Shown: positions 28,717 to 39,164, numbered from the stretch's first letter. The stretch: DNA of 64,000 nucleotides from an uncultured Candidatus Rokubacteria bacterium (GCA_963754315.1 CAVWFS010000018.1:192001-256000), one strand, 5' to 3'. Translations and numbers: made by a program. Notes: generated by a model not told the origin, from the sequence alone.

Positions 28717-28852
28717 CGTGAGCCCTCCTCCCTCTCGGGTGAGGCGAGAGTACCCCATCGGGGCCGAGCGCGACAATCCCCCCTTGCGCGGGACGGGCTG
28801 ACGAGATACACCCTAAGCGGCGAGGGCACGCGGCCTCGACCAGGAGAACGCC

Positions 28853-29647
28853 ATGAGCGAGACACCGAAGCTGCTGCTGGAGAAGGACGGGCCGATTGGT
28901 TGGATCATCTTCAACCAGCCGGAAAAGCGCAATGCCGTGAGCCAGGAGATGTGGCAGCTCATGCCCGAGTACGTGCATGACCTGGCCACCGACGACAGCA
29001 TCCGGGTGGTCGTCCTGCGCGGGGCCGGCGACAAGGCCTTCGTGGCCGGGGCCGACATCTCGCAGTTCAAGGAGCGCCGCCGCAACATGGCCGACGAGGC
29101 TGAGTACAGCCGCACGTCGGCCCGCGGCCAAGAGGCGCTGTCCAGCTTGGCCAAGCCGCTCATGGCCATGATCCATGGATACTGCGTGGGCGGAGGCCTC
29201 AGCATCGCCATCGGGTGCGACATGCGCATCGCCGCCGACGATGCGCGCTTCGGCGTCCCGGCGGCGCGCCTCGGTCTCGGCTACCACTACCACGGCATGG
29301 AAAAGCTCATGAAGCTGGTGGGGCCCTCCTTCACCAAGGAGATCTTCTTCACGGCCCGCACTGATTTCAGCGCCCAGGATGCGCTCCGCATGGGGCTGGT
29401 GAACCAGGTGGTCCCCAAGGCAGAGCTGGAGAGCTTCACCCGCGACTATGCCCTCACCATCGGACGCAACGCGCCGCTCACCATCCGTTCGGCCAAGGCC
29501 AGCGTGGATCAGTTGCTCCGCCCGACCGATCAGCGCGACCTGGCCCACCTGGATCGACTGCTCGCGGACTGCTTCAACAGTCAGGACTACCAGGAAGGGG
29601 TCAAGGCGTTCTCCGAGAAGCGGCGCCCTCAGTTTCAGGGCCGCTGA
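28853..29647 (+). CDS. Enoyl-CoA hydratase/isomerase
   Basis: NQPEKRNA, AFVAGADI, GYCVGGG, EGVKAFSEKRRPQFQG. Confidence 0.92.
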   Translation: MSETPKLLLEKDGPIGWIIFNQPEKRNAVSQEMWQLMPEYVHDLATDDSIRVVVLRGAGDKAFVAGADISQFKERRRNMADEAEYSRTSARGQEALSSLAKPLMAMIHGYCVGGGLSIAIGCDMRIAADDARFGVPAARLGLGYHYHGMEKLMKLVGPSFTKEIFFTARTDFSAQDALRMGLVNQVVPKAELESFTRDYALTIGRNAPLTIRSAKASVDQLLRPTDQRDLAHLDRLLADCFNSQDYQEGVKAFSEKRRPQFQGR

Positions 29648-29675
29648 ACCGGTCCGGCCGCGAGCAGGATCGCTT

Positions 29676-29961
29676 ATGCGTGTTCAGAGCATCGAAGCCA
29701 TCGCCATCGACATCCCGCTCACCAGGAACTTCGGCGGCAGCACGTACGCCGTGCTCAAGCGCAGCACGGTGATCACGCGCCTGCGCACCGACGAGGGCCT
29801 GCTACGTCGAGTGCTTCGCCGACCCCGAGCGCGATCCGGTTTGGCAGGCGATGTGGGCTAACCGTCCTCCGATCAAGGACGGCATGATGGAGGTGAACCC
29901 CGATCCCGGCTTCGGCGTCATCCTCGACAATGCCATGGTCAGCCGCTACCGCGTAGCCTGA
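29676..29961 (+). pseudogene. Mandelate racemase/enolase-superfamily relic with central deletion
   Basis: N-terminus MRVQSIEAIAIDIPL...RLRTDEGL joined out of frame to C-terminus YVECFADPERDP...IKDGMMEVNPDPGFGV...RYRVA*. Confidence 0.8.
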
Positions 29962-29965
29962 CGCG

Positions 29966-31138
29966 TCAGCCCTTCCAGGCGTGCTTGCGGAGGGCGACCT
30001 CGTTCAGGTCGGTGCCCCAGCCCGGTCCGGTGGGGATGCGCATTGTCCCGTCCTTGATCTCGGGGAGCACGGTGACCAGCTCGTCGCGCCAGGGCGTGTG
30101 CTCGGGATCCGATTCCATGATCTTCACGTTCGACACCGAAGCGCAGAGGTTCAGACTCTGAAAGGTCGAGAGGTGGCCATTGTAGTTGTGCGGGGCAATG
30201 TTCAGCTCGTAGGACTCTGCGAGGTCGGCCACCTTCTTGGCGGTCGAGAATCCTTGCCACGCTACGTCGACCATCACCACGTCCATGGCGTGCCGCTCCA
30301 GATAGGGACGGTACTGCCGGATGGTGAGTAGCTGCTCGCCCGAACAGATGGGCACCCGGACCGATGAGCGGAGCTGGGCGAGGGCGTGCGGGTCCTGGTT
30401 GTCGATCTCCAGCCAGTAGAGGCTGAACGGTTCGAGCTCGCGGGCCAGCCGCACGGCTTCGCTCGGCTTGAAGTTCACGTTCACGTCGAGGCAGATGTCG
30501 ATGCTCGGCCCTACCGCCTCCCGCATCGTCCGGATCTGGGCGACTGCCTGGTCGATGATCTCGCGGGCGGCCAGCTGGTCGTGGGGACCAGTCGTCCCCT
30601 GAGTGATCCGACGGGCCGGCTCGCCCGGCCAGATGATGTTCGTCTTGAACGCGGTGTAGCCGCGGGCCACCGCCTCCCGCGCCACCGCGGCCAGATCGTC
30701 CATCGTCCGCAGAGGCTTCGTCCCCAGGAGCTTCCAGTTGGTGACCCGGTAGGTGGCGAGATGTGACCAGTACACGCGCTGACTCTCCCGGAGTGGTCCA
30801 CCCATGAGCCGCCACACAGGTACCCCAAGCGCCTTGCCGGCCAAATCCCACAGCGCCAGCTCCAGCCCCGCGATGGCCATCTGGGTCGCGCCGTACGACG
30901 CCTGACGCGTGTGACGGTAAAGATCGATGTAGTGCTTCTCGACCGCCGTCGGATCCTTACCAATCAGGCGCTCGCCCAGATCGTCCACCAGGCCCAGCAG
31001 CCCGCGCACCAGGCCAGGGCTCCCGAACTCGCTATAGCCAGTGAGTCCCTCGTCGGTGCGAATGGCGCAGTAGAGCCACGGCCGTGCAGGCGTGAAGCCA
31101 GTATCAACCACGAAGGTGTCGATGGCGGTGATCTTCAT
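29966..31138 (-). CDS. Mandelate racemase/muconate lactonizing enzyme family (DgoD-like dehydratase)
   Basis: IRTDEGLTG, ALWDLAGK, GYTAFK, SGE, APHN, PTGPGWG. Confidence 0.9.
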   Translation of the reverse strand: MKITAIDTFVVDTGFTPARPWLYCAIRTDEGLTGYSEFGSPGLVRGLLGLVDDLGERLIGKDPTAVEKHYIDLYRHTRQASYGATQMAIAGLELALWDLAGKALGVPVWRLMGGPLRESQRVYWSHLATYRVTNWKLLGTKPLRTMDDLAAVAREAVARGYTAFKTNIIWPGEPARRITQGTTGPHDQLAAREIIDQAVAQIRTMREAVGPSIDICLDVNVNFKPSEAVRLARELEPFSLYWLEIDNQDPHALAQLRSSVRVPICSGEQLLTIRQYRPYLERHAMDVVMVDVAWQGFSTAKKVADLAESYELNIAPHNYNGHLSTFQSLNLCASVSNVKIMESDPEHTPWRDELVTVLPEIKDGTMRIPTGPGWGTDLNEVALRKHAWKG

Positions 31139-31321
31139 GCCTGGCGGTTCTACCCCAGAACCGCGAGCGAGGCAAGCGAGCCGTCGATTGGGTCGAATGT
31201 CTTCACGACCATCGATTGACGGGAACGCGGCGCTGACGCAATACTGCCGTCGGCGCTAGCGTGATCGCCCCTCATGCTCACGTTGATGCGGCGGCTCGAG
31301 AACGCCGCGGCGAGGAGTCCC

Positions 31322-32506
31322 ATGAACGTGTTCGTCTTCGACCTGCTGCCCTACGGAGAGCATCTCGATCATCTGAAGGAGGGACCGGAGCTTCCGTGGC
31401 CGCTGCTCCGCCGCCACTTCAAGCCCGAGGTGGCCGTGCGCACCTACGCCGAGCACCTGGCGGCGTGGGAGGCCCTGGATCGGCTGGGGTTCGACGGTGT
31501 CGGATTCAACGAGCACCACACCTCCCCCTACGGGCTGATGAACTCGCCCAACCTGATGGCGGCCTCCGCCGCCCAGCGCACGCAGCGGATCAAACTCCTC
31601 ATCTACGGTAACCTGTTGCCTCTGCACGATCCGCTTCGGCTGGCCGAGGAGCTGGCCATGCTCGATTGCCTGTCGAATGGTCGCATCGTCTCCGGCTTCG
31701 CGCGCGGCATCCCCCGTGAGTACAACGTCTACAAGGTTCCCCTGCGCGAGTCCCGTGCCCGCTTCGAGGAGGCGTGGGAGATCATCCTCCGCGCCTGGAC
31801 AGAGGAGGAGTTCTCCTATACGGGCCGGTTCTGGTCCTACGAGAACGTCGCCATCTGGCCTAGGCCGGTGCAGCAGCCTCACCCTCCGGTCTGGGTGCCC
31901 GTCTCCGGCAGCAAGGAGACCATCGAATGGGCGGCCCGCTACAACATTCCCATCACGCCAGGCTTGGTCCCTACCCGCGGCCTTCGGGAAGACATCATTC
32001 GCCACTACGCCCGCTGCCTTCAGCAGCACGGCCATCGGCTAACCCCCGAGCACCTGATCATCCAGGCCAGCGCTTATGTGGCCGACAGCAAGGCCCAGGC
32101 TGTGAAGGAGGCGGGACCGTATACGCTCTACTTCAACCAAACGCTGTTCAGCCACGGCAACATCAGCGAGGCGAATCTACAGCGGAACGCCGGTTATCTT
32201 AGTACCTCCTCCTTCGACTACGTGCGTCCCGAGAACCTTGCCGCCGTCTCCGGTGCCCGCGAGCGCTACCGGGGTATGACCATGGCCGACATCGAGCGGG
32301 AGGCAGAGCAATTGCCGTGGGGCACGCCGGACGAAGTGGTAGAGCGAATTATCGCGGCGGCCGACCACGCCGGCGCCGCCACCGTGCTCGTGAACATGAA
32401 CCGGGGCGCCATGCCGCACGAGATGTTCATGGAGCAGATCCAGCGCTTCGGCACCAAAGTGCTGCCGGCCCTCCAGGCCCACCGCGTCCGCGACGTGGCG
32501 CGCTGA
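31322..32506 (+). CDS. LLM-class flavin-dependent oxidoreductase
   Basis: GFDGVGFNEHH, PLRLAEELAMLD, PRPVQQPHPPVW; GAGGAG SD. Confidence 0.9.
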   Translation: MNVFVFDLLPYGEHLDHLKEGPELPWPLLRRHFKPEVAVRTYAEHLAAWEALDRLGFDGVGFNEHHTSPYGLMNSPNLMAASAAQRTQRIKLLIYGNLLPLHDPLRLAEELAMLDCLSNGRIVSGFARGIPREYNVYKVPLRESRARFEEAWEIILRAWTEEEFSYTGRFWSYENVAIWPRPVQQPHPPVWVPVSGSKETIEWAARYNIPITPGLVPTRGLREDIIRHYARCLQQHGHRLTPEHLIIQASAYVADSKAQAVKEAGPYTLYFNQTLFSHGNISEANLQRNAGYLSTSSFDYVRPENLAAVSGARERYRGMTMADIEREAEQLPWGTPDEVVERIIAAADHAGAATVLVNMNRGAMPHEMFMEQIQRFGTKVLPALQAHRVRDVAR

Positions 32507-32581
32507 AAGAGTCGACCAGATCTCGAGGTCTGAACAACCAGACCGCCAAGCCGTCAACCTCAAGGGCAAGAGGTCTCCGGC

Positions 32582-35500
32582 CTACCTGGTCGACGCCGTG
32601 AACCGGCTCATCGTGCCGAGGCCATGTTCGGCGGCCGCGGGTGGGGCCGCGCCGACGGGGAGCCCGTCGCGGTAGACGACGGTGTTGGTCCCGAGCGCCG
32701 GCACGCGTGGTCCAGGGGTAAGGATGCCGACCAGGTTCAACGGATCCACGGCCGCCACGCGGACGATCTCGCCCGTCCGCTCGAGGCGGCGGGTCTGACG
32801 CAGGGCTTCCACCGCTTCGGGGAGCGCGTACTGCTCGCCAACGAAGCCGGTGACGAACCGGCCTCCGCGCGCGGTGCCGCGCGCCTCGAGCCGGCGTAGG
32901 GCGCGGTGGACTTCGCGCCAGGGCAGGGCCAGGGTCTCTCGCGCGGCGAGATCGCGAAAGACCACGCCGTACCGGGCCAGGAGCTGCTCGGCCACCGCCT
33001 CAGCCAACGTCTCGACGTCGCCGTCGATCTCGTCGTTCGGCAGCACCGACCAGCGCCCCTCCGAGCGTCGCCCACCTAGCGCTGGGCGCCGCAGTGTCCC
33101 TCGGGAGAGCGCGTGACCGGCGCGGCGTGCCCAGCGCTCGCGGGGCGAGAGGAGCGCCCGGACGCTCCCGAAGCCGTCCGCGGTGACGAGACCACGCGCG
33201 ACCAGCTCCCATAGCCCCTCCGTGGCCTGAGCACGTAGACGGCCTGTCGCCGCGACGATCTCTTCGTAGAAGAGGGCGCCGCGGACGCGCAGGCACTCGA
33301 GGACGTCCTGCGCCACGCTCGTGCGGGGCGGCGCGGCCGGCCCCTGACCACGTGTGGCCCGTAGCAGCCAAGGGAGGTTGTCTCGTACTAAGAAGCTCAT
33401 CGGGGTCGCCCGCGATGAGGTGGGGGCACCTGCATCAGCAAGGTCGTTGCCCGTTCGGACGCCGAGACGGGCCCACATGGCGGTGCCCGCCAGGCACAGA
33501 TCGTCCAGCCAGGCGCCGCGATACTCGGCCACGCGGGCAGGGAGGATGGTGGCCTCCCAGGCGCCCGCCGCGATCTCGAAGCCCTGAAGCTGTTCGATCA
33601 CCGCCAGGACTCCTTGGCGCCCTTCGAGCTGCGTACCCGGAGCCACGTGCTGCCAGCGGAAGAGAAACCGCAGGAAGTCCTGGGCAGTTACCGGCTCGAT
33701 CTCGCGCCGCAGTCTCTCGGTCGTGTAGCGATGGATGCGAGCGAGCAGGCGACGTTCGCAGATCTCTGCCCGATCTTCCCCGGCCGAGCTGTCTGGATCG
33801 AAGCGACCCCTCAGGAGGAAGCCTTCCGATTCCAGACGGGCCACCGCCGCGTCTACCACGTCGAGACCCAGTCCGGTTCGCTCTGCGATCTCGGAAGCCA
33901 CGCACGGCCCCAAACCGCCGAGATGTCCACGCACCGCCGCCACCGCGGCTGTCTCCGCGTCCGGCGCGTGGGCAGCCAGCCCACGAGGCAGACGGACATC
34001 GGGTCTGATAGTTGCGTCGGGGAACAGCGCCTCGACGGCGGTCCGGCGTTCAGTAGCCAGCCACAACAGACCGGCCGCGGAATCGGCGGTCGCGGCGCGG
34101 CCCTCATCGACCAGCTCGTCGAACCAGACGGCCCAATCCGCCTGCGGCCGCAGCACCAGCAGCTCGAGCAACACATCGTGCAGCTCCTCGACGTCGCGCG
34201 GTACCGGGCGCGCCTCGTCGCGCACACGGGCGATCGCCTCCCGATCAAGCTCGCCCAGATCACGCACGCTCTCCGGCAGGCCGCGGCGGAGCGCGACCGC
34301 GCGCGTGCGGCGCTCCTCCAGCGGGGCGTCGTCGAGGAACGTGTACGGCCGCCCATTCAGGATCTCGTGAGCAAGAGGCGAAGGCTCAGTCGACTCACGG
34401 AAGTGAGTGCGGATCGTTCCCGCCTGAATGCCTTCGAGGAGTCGGACCAGCCCGTCCACGTCGGTAGCTTCGTGCAGGCAGTCGTGCACGGTCTGCCGTA
34501 CCAGGGGGTGATCCGGGATCTCCACTGGCCCTGCAGGGGCGTTGTCTTGGCACGCAGCAAGGCCAGGGAAGACCGCCGCCATCAGATCGTCCGCCTCCAT
34601 CCGCTGAATGGGTGGCGGGTTACGCTTGCCGCCCCGCATTCGCAGCACGGCCAAGGCGCGGCCGAGGTTCCAGCGCCAGCGCACCTGGAACATCGGCGAG
34701 AGGAGCAATGCCTGCACGAGGGTGTCGCGGACTGTTTGAGCGGAGAGGAAACGCGAGATGGCCGAGAGCGGCATGCTCTGCTGGGGGCCGAGGGACAGCA
34801 CGACCGCATCATCGTCGGCGGCCGCCTGCAACTCGAAATCGAAGGACCGGCAGAACCGCTTGCGAAGCGCCAGGCCGAGCCCGCGATTGACCCGGCCGCC
34901 GAACGGTGCATGAATCACCAGCTGCATGCCTCCCGTCTCGTCGAAGAACCGCTCGAAGACGACGTCGCGCTGGGTCGGCAATACTCCGAGGGCGGTCGCG
35001 CCCGCCCACAAGTAGCGGACGATCTCTCGGGCTACCTCCGGCCCCACGCCGCTCTCGCTCTCGACCCAGGCCCGGGCCGCTGCCTCGTCGCCGCTGGCCA
35101 GCCGAGCGCCGACCCGCTCGCGGAGATCGGACACTTCGCAGGACAGCTCGGCCGTTCGAGCGGGCGCCTCGCCGAGCCAGAAGGGAACCGACGGTGGCGC
35201 CCCCGCGGCGTCGACCACGCGGACGATGCCTGCTTCCACCCGCCGAATCCGCCATGAGGTGCTGCCGAGCAAGAAGATGTCCCCGGCCATGCTCTCGATG
35301 GCCCAGTCCTCGTTGACGGTACCGACCACGGTGTCGTCGGGATCGGCCACGACTTTGTAGTCAGCCGTCTCTGGGATGGCGCCGCCGGAGGTGAGGGCGG
35401 CCAGGCGGGCCGCCCGCCGGCCCCGCAGGACTCCGTTCACCCGGTCGCGATGGAGATAGGCGGCCCGCCGTCCTCTTCCCGTCTGCATTCCTTCCGCGAG

Positions 35501-36883
35501 CATCTCTACCACCGACTCAAAATCCTGGCGCGTGAGCTCGGCGTAGGGCGCGGCTTGCCTTACGAGGGCAAAGAGCGCGTCCTCGTGCCAGGGCTCCGCG
35601 GCGCAGGCGGCCACGATCTGCTGGGCGAGAATGTCGAGCGGCGCCTGGGGCGGTTCGATCGTATCGAGCTTACCTGCGCGCACCCCGCGCAAAAGCGCGG
35701 CGCTCTCCACCAGCTCATCGCGGCTGGTTGGATAGAGGCGGCCCTTCGGGGTGACTCCCAGCGCGTGTCCCGAACGTCCTACGCGCTGCAGGAACGTGCC
35801 GAGACTGCGTGGAGAGCCGATCTGACAGACCAGCTCGATGGGCCCGATGTCGATGCCGAGCTCGAGGGAGGCGGTGGCCACCAGCGCCTTGAGATCACCG
35901 GCGCGGAGGCGTTCCTCCAGACGTAGGCGCCGGTCGCGGGACAAGCTGCCGTGGTGCGCGGCGACCTGGTCGGGGCCAAGGCGTTCGCTGAGGAGATGGG
36001 CGATGCGCTCGGCCAACCGGCGCGTGTTCACAAAGATCAGCGTGGTGCGGTGCGCTTTGACCTCACGCGCGATGCGGTCCAGCACGTCGGCCCACTGCTC
36101 GTGTGAGATGACCGCCTCGAGCTCGCTGTCGGGCAGCTCGATAGCCAGGTCGAGGGCGCGACGATGCCCAAGGTCGACGACCTCGCAGGCGGGGGCCCCG
36201 TTCGCGGTGCTGCGCCCCGGCCCTGTCCCGACCAGCAGCCGCGCGATGGTCTCTATGGGCCGTTGAGTCGCCGAGAGCCCGATGCGCTGAGGACGATGCT
36301 CGCCGAGCGCATCGAGCCGTTCCAGGGTCAGGCTCAGGTGCGAGCCGCGCTTGTCCCGGGCCACGGCGTGGATCTCGTCGACGATCACCGTCCGCACCCG
36401 GCGCAGTTGCTCTCGGCTCCGCTGGGCCGTGACCAGGAGGTAGAGCGACTCGGGTGTGGTCACCAGGATGTGAGGTGGACGGCGCGTCATGGCCGCGCGA
36501 GCGCCGGCCGAGGTGTCGCCGGTCCGGACCTGCGCGCGCACGTCGGGGAGGACGATCCCTTGCTCGCTCGCCAGGCTCCGGATCTCGGCCAGGGGAATTT
36601 CCAGGTTCTGGTGAATGTCACGGGCTAACGCCTTGAGGGGTGACACGTAGACGACGTCGATCGCCTCGGACACGTCCTCGCTGACACTGGCCTGCAGAAG
36701 ACGATCGATACAGACGAGGAAGGCCGCCAAGGTCTTGCCCGATCCGGTGGGCGCCGCGATCAGGACATCGCGCCCCGCCCCGATTCGCGGCCAACCCTCG
36801 ACCTGGGCGGGGGTCGGCCCGCCCGGAAACCGACGGGTAAACCACTGCTGGACGACGGAATGAAACGCCGGGGACAGCTCCAT
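32582..36883 (-). CDS. lhr: Lhr family SF2 helicase, full length with C-terminal winged-helix region
   Basis: APTGSGKT, YVSPLKAL, TTPESL, DEIH, SAT, HHGSLS, SLELGIDIG, QRVGRSGH, GRFVTGFVGEQYA. Confidence 0.95.
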   Translation of the reverse strand: MELSPAFHSVVQQWFTRRFPGGPTPAQVEGWPRIGAGRDVLIAAPTGSGKTLAAFLVCIDRLLQASVSEDVSEAIDVVYVSPLKALARDIHQNLEIPLAEIRSLASEQGIVLPDVRAQVRTGDTSAGARAAMTRRPPHILVTTPESLYLLVTAQRSREQLRRVRTVIVDEIHAVARDKRGSHLSLTLERLDALGEHRPQRIGLSATQRPIETIARLLVGTGPGRSTANGAPACEVVDLGHRRALDLAIELPDSELEAVISHEQWADVLDRIAREVKAHRTTLIFVNTRRLAERIAHLLSERLGPDQVAAHHGSLSRDRRLRLEERLRAGDLKALVATASLELGIDIGPIELVCQIGSPRSLGTFLQRVGRSGHALGVTPKGRLYPTSRDELVESAALLRGVRAGKLDTIEPPQAPLDILAQQIVAACAAEPWHEDALFALVRQAAPYAELTRQDFESVVEMLAEGMQTGRGRRAAYLHRDRVNGVLRGRRAARLAALTSGGAIPETADYKVVADPDDTVVGTVNEDWAIESMAGDIFLLGSTSWRIRRVEAGIVRVVDAAGAPPSVPFWLGEAPARTAELSCEVSDLRERVGARLASGDEAAARAWVESESGVGPEVAREIVRYLWAGATALGVLPTQRDVVFERFFDETGGMQLVIHAPFGGRVNRGLGLALRKRFCRSFDFELQAAADDDAVVLSLGPQQSMPLSAISRFLSAQTVRDTLVQALLLSPMFQVRWRWNLGRALAVLRMRGGKRNPPPIQRMEADDLMAAVFPGLAACQDNAPAGPVEIPDHPLVRQTVHDCLHEATDVDGLVRLLEGIQAGTIRTHFRESTEPSPLAHEILNGRPYTFLDDAPLEERRTRAVALRRGLPESVRDLGELDREAIARVRDEARPVPRDVEELHDVLLELLVLRPQADWAVWFDELVDEGRAATADSAAGLLWLATERRTAVEALFPDATIRPDVRLPRGLAAHAPDAETAAVAAVRGHLGGLGPCVASEIAERTGLGLDVVDAAVARLESEGFLLRGRFDPDSSAGEDRAEICERRLLARIHRYTTERLRREIEPVTAQDFLRFLFRWQHVAPGTQLEGRQGVLAVIEQLQGFEIAAGAWEATILPARVAEYRGAWLDDLCLAGTAMWARLGVRTGNDLADAGAPTSSRATPMSFLVRDNLPWLLRATRGQGPAAPPRTSVAQDVLECLRVRGALFYEEIVAATGRLRAQATEGLWELVARGLVTADGFGSVRALLSPRERWARRAGHALSRGTLRRPALGGRRSEGRWSVLPNDEIDGDVETLAEAVAEQLLARYGVVFRDLAARETLALPWREVHRALRRLEARGTARGGRFVTGFVGEQYALPEAVEALRQTRRLERTGEIVRVAAVDPLNLVGILTPGPRVPALGTNTVVYRDGLPVGAAPPAAAEHGLGTMSRFTASTR

Positions 36884-37028
36884 ACGCCTAGCCTACGCTT
36901 CTTCCCATGACTTGGCCGCCCAAGGCTAGGGGAGGGAGTACCAGAAACCCTTCCTGGGTGAAGGGAGCATCGAGGGTGATGGCGCGGGCGGCGGTCAGAA
37001 CAAGAAGGTCAGGAAGTCGCTCCGCGCG

Positions 37029-38276
37029 CTACCTGACCGGCTTGAACGCGGCGGGCAGCCGTTTGATGCCACGGATGAAGTTCGAGCGAAGCTTCTCCGG
37101 CTTGCTGGTGGCCTCGATGTCGGGCAGACGGCGCAGCAGCTCGGTGAACATGACGATGATTTCGCGCCGGGCCAGGTGAGCCCCCAGGCAGAAGTGGGGT
37201 CCGCCGGTGCCGAAGCCGCCTTGCTCGTTCGGCTCGCGCGTAATATCGAAGCGATAGGGATCGGCGAAATGCGCCTCGTCGCGGTTGGCCGAGATGTACC
37301 ACATGACCACCTTGTCGCCCTCGCGCATGTCGACGCCGGCGAAGGTGGTGTCGCGGGTCAGGGTGCGGCGCATGTGCATGACGGGGCTGGCCCAGCGGAC
37401 GATCTCCTCGGCTGCGGTGCCGGCGAGACCTTCCAGGTCGACCAGCCACCGCTGCTTCTGGTCCGGAAACTGCGTGAAGGCCCACAGGCCGTGGCTGAGA
37501 GCGGTGCGCGTGGTCTCGTTGCCGGCCGCGATCAGCAGGAGCACGAACGGGCCGAGGTCCTCGGGCGGCATGGCCTCCCCATCGACCTCGGCGTGGACGA
37601 GCGTCGTGGTCAGGTCGTTCTGAGGGTCCTCCAGACGGCTCCGGCCTAGCCAGAGCCCGTAGTCGCGCAGCTCTTCCCCCGCCTTTCGGAGGGACTCCTT
37701 GGTGCCGCCGTACTCTGGATCGCCGCCAGCGAGGAGTTTGTTGGTGAGGTCGAGCAGCCTGGGTCGATCCGCCTCGGGCACACCCATCATGTCGCAGATG
37801 ATGGCCACCGGCAGCACGTCGGCTACCTCGGACACGAACTCGATCTCGCCCTTGGGGGCAATCGTGTCGACGATCTCCCGGGCTCGGCGTCGAACCGACT
37901 CTTCGGCCTTGGCGACCATTCGTGGCGTGAAGCCCCGATTGACGACCCCACGCAGCTTGGTGTGCTTCGGAGGATCGGTCGAGATCATGGAACGAATGGC
38001 GGTGAGCTGGGCCATGTCCTCGGGATCCATCATTGCCTGGATCCCGAAGGCGGAACTGAAGGTGTCCCAGGCGCGGGTGGCGGCGGCCACGTCAACAAAG
38101 CGGGTGAGCGACCAGAACCCCTTGCCAGAGTCGGCGTGCTGATGCCAGGCGACCGGCCGCTCGCGACGCAGCTTGGCCAGCGCGCCGTCCACGTCATCGC
38201 GCATCCAGAAGTCGAAGCTCGCCAGGTTGATGTCGTCCACGGCGAGGGTGGTCGTCGGGGTCGGGATTATGCTCAT
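37029..38276 (-). CDS. Cytochrome P450 (CYP124/125-like)
   Basis: AGNETT, EEIVR (ExxR), heme motif FGTGGPHFCLG. Confidence 0.95.
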   Translation of the reverse strand: MSIIPTPTTTLAVDDINLASFDFWMRDDVDGALAKLRRERPVAWHQHADSGKGFWSLTRFVDVAAATRAWDTFSSAFGIQAMMDPEDMAQLTAIRSMISTDPPKHTKLRGVVNRGFTPRMVAKAEESVRRRAREIVDTIAPKGEIEFVSEVADVLPVAIICDMMGVPEADRPRLLDLTNKLLAGGDPEYGGTKESLRKAGEELRDYGLWLGRSRLEDPQNDLTTTLVHAEVDGEAMPPEDLGPFVLLLIAAGNETTRTALSHGLWAFTQFPDQKQRWLVDLEGLAGTAAEEIVRWASPVMHMRRTLTRDTTFAGVDMREGDKVVMWYISANRDEAHFADPYRFDITREPNEQGGFGTGGPHFCLGAHLARREIIVMFTELLRRLPDIEATSKPEKLRSNFIRGIKRLPAAFKPVR

Positions 38277-38404
38277 CGCATGCTCCTTCCGCGTGCGTCT
38301 CGGCCTTCCTCAAACCTGCCTCTTCCGACTACTCTATTGGCGATACTCTCGTCAAGACGGATCAGCGGAGGGTCGTGAGGACACTCCTCGTGGAGGAACG
38401 CGGG

Positions 38405-38602
38405 ATGCAAGTGAAGGTGGATCACGATCTCTGCGAGAGCAATGGGGTGTGTGCGCGGCTGGCGCCGGAAGTCTTCGAGGTCGGCGAGGACGACCGGCTT
38501 CACCTGAAGCTGGAGCGGCCCCCCCAGACACTCCGCGCGCGGGTCGAGGAGGCCGTGCGGAGGTGCCCCAAGCAGGCCCTCTCCATCGTCGAGGCGCCCT
38601 GA
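38405..38602 (+). CDS. Ferredoxin, 3Fe-4S P450-partner type
   Basis: CESNGVC...APEVF...CPKQA; GGAGG SD. Confidence 0.9.
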   Translation: MQVKVDHDLCESNGVCARLAPEVFEVGEDDRLHLKLERPPQTLRARVEEAVRRCPKQALSIVEAP

Positions 38603-38606
38603 ACCT

Positions 38607-39164
38607 TCAGAAAAAGAAGGTCAAGTTCTTGGCGAGCAGGACGCTCTGATCGAGGACGATCTTGCGTCGGGCAATTTTCCAGTCCCCGCTGATCCGGCGC
38701 AGCAGATCCTCACGCTTGCCCACCAGGAGGTCCGTCTCCGTCTCCACGCGGTTACGGTAGATCAGAAAGCGGCACTTGACCTCGACCTCTGACGGCGTCG
38801 GCCCCGGCGGCGCTGTCCCGACGAGCTGAACGTTGGAGACCATGTGACAGATGCGGGAAGGGGGCTCCTCGGCCCAGTGGATGCCGGTGAGGATCTGGCG
38901 CACGCGCCGGGTGAGGGTGTCCTTGCCCTCGTCGAACCAGTTGACGTCCCGCCCCTCGCGGGTGAACTCGCGCTCGGGCGCGTCGTGGGGGACGTTGCGG
39001 CGCATCGGCATCCAGTAGTGGCAATCGTCTGTGAGAAGCTCGAGCCACTCCTCGTAGCGCCGCTCGTCCAATAGCTCGGCTTCCCGATACAGAAACTCCT
39101 CGACCTCCGCCTTGACGAGCAGGCGCCCGAGAGTCTCGCTCAGCTGCGCCAGGCCCTCCGTCAC
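38607..39164 (-). CDS. Aromatic ring-hydroxylating dioxygenase beta subunit
   Basis: FLYREAELLD, YWMP, WAEEPPSR..HMVSNV, GKREDLLR, KNLTFFF; GTGA overlap with alpha subunit. Confidence 0.92.
   Translation of the reverse strand: MTEGLAQLSETLGRLLVKAEVEEFLYREAELLDERRYEEWLELLTDDCHYWMPMRRNVPHDAPEREFTREGRDVNWFDEGKDTLTRRVRQILTGIHWAEEPPSRICHMVSNVQLVGTAPPGPTPSEVEVKCRFLIYRNRVETETDLLVGKREDLLRRISGDWKIARRKIVLDQSVLLAKNLTFFF

Noticed and set aside
32582..36883. Lhr as part of an anti-phage defence island
   Set aside because: Flanked by metabolic genes (LLM, P450); no nuclease, methylase or other defence partner adjacent
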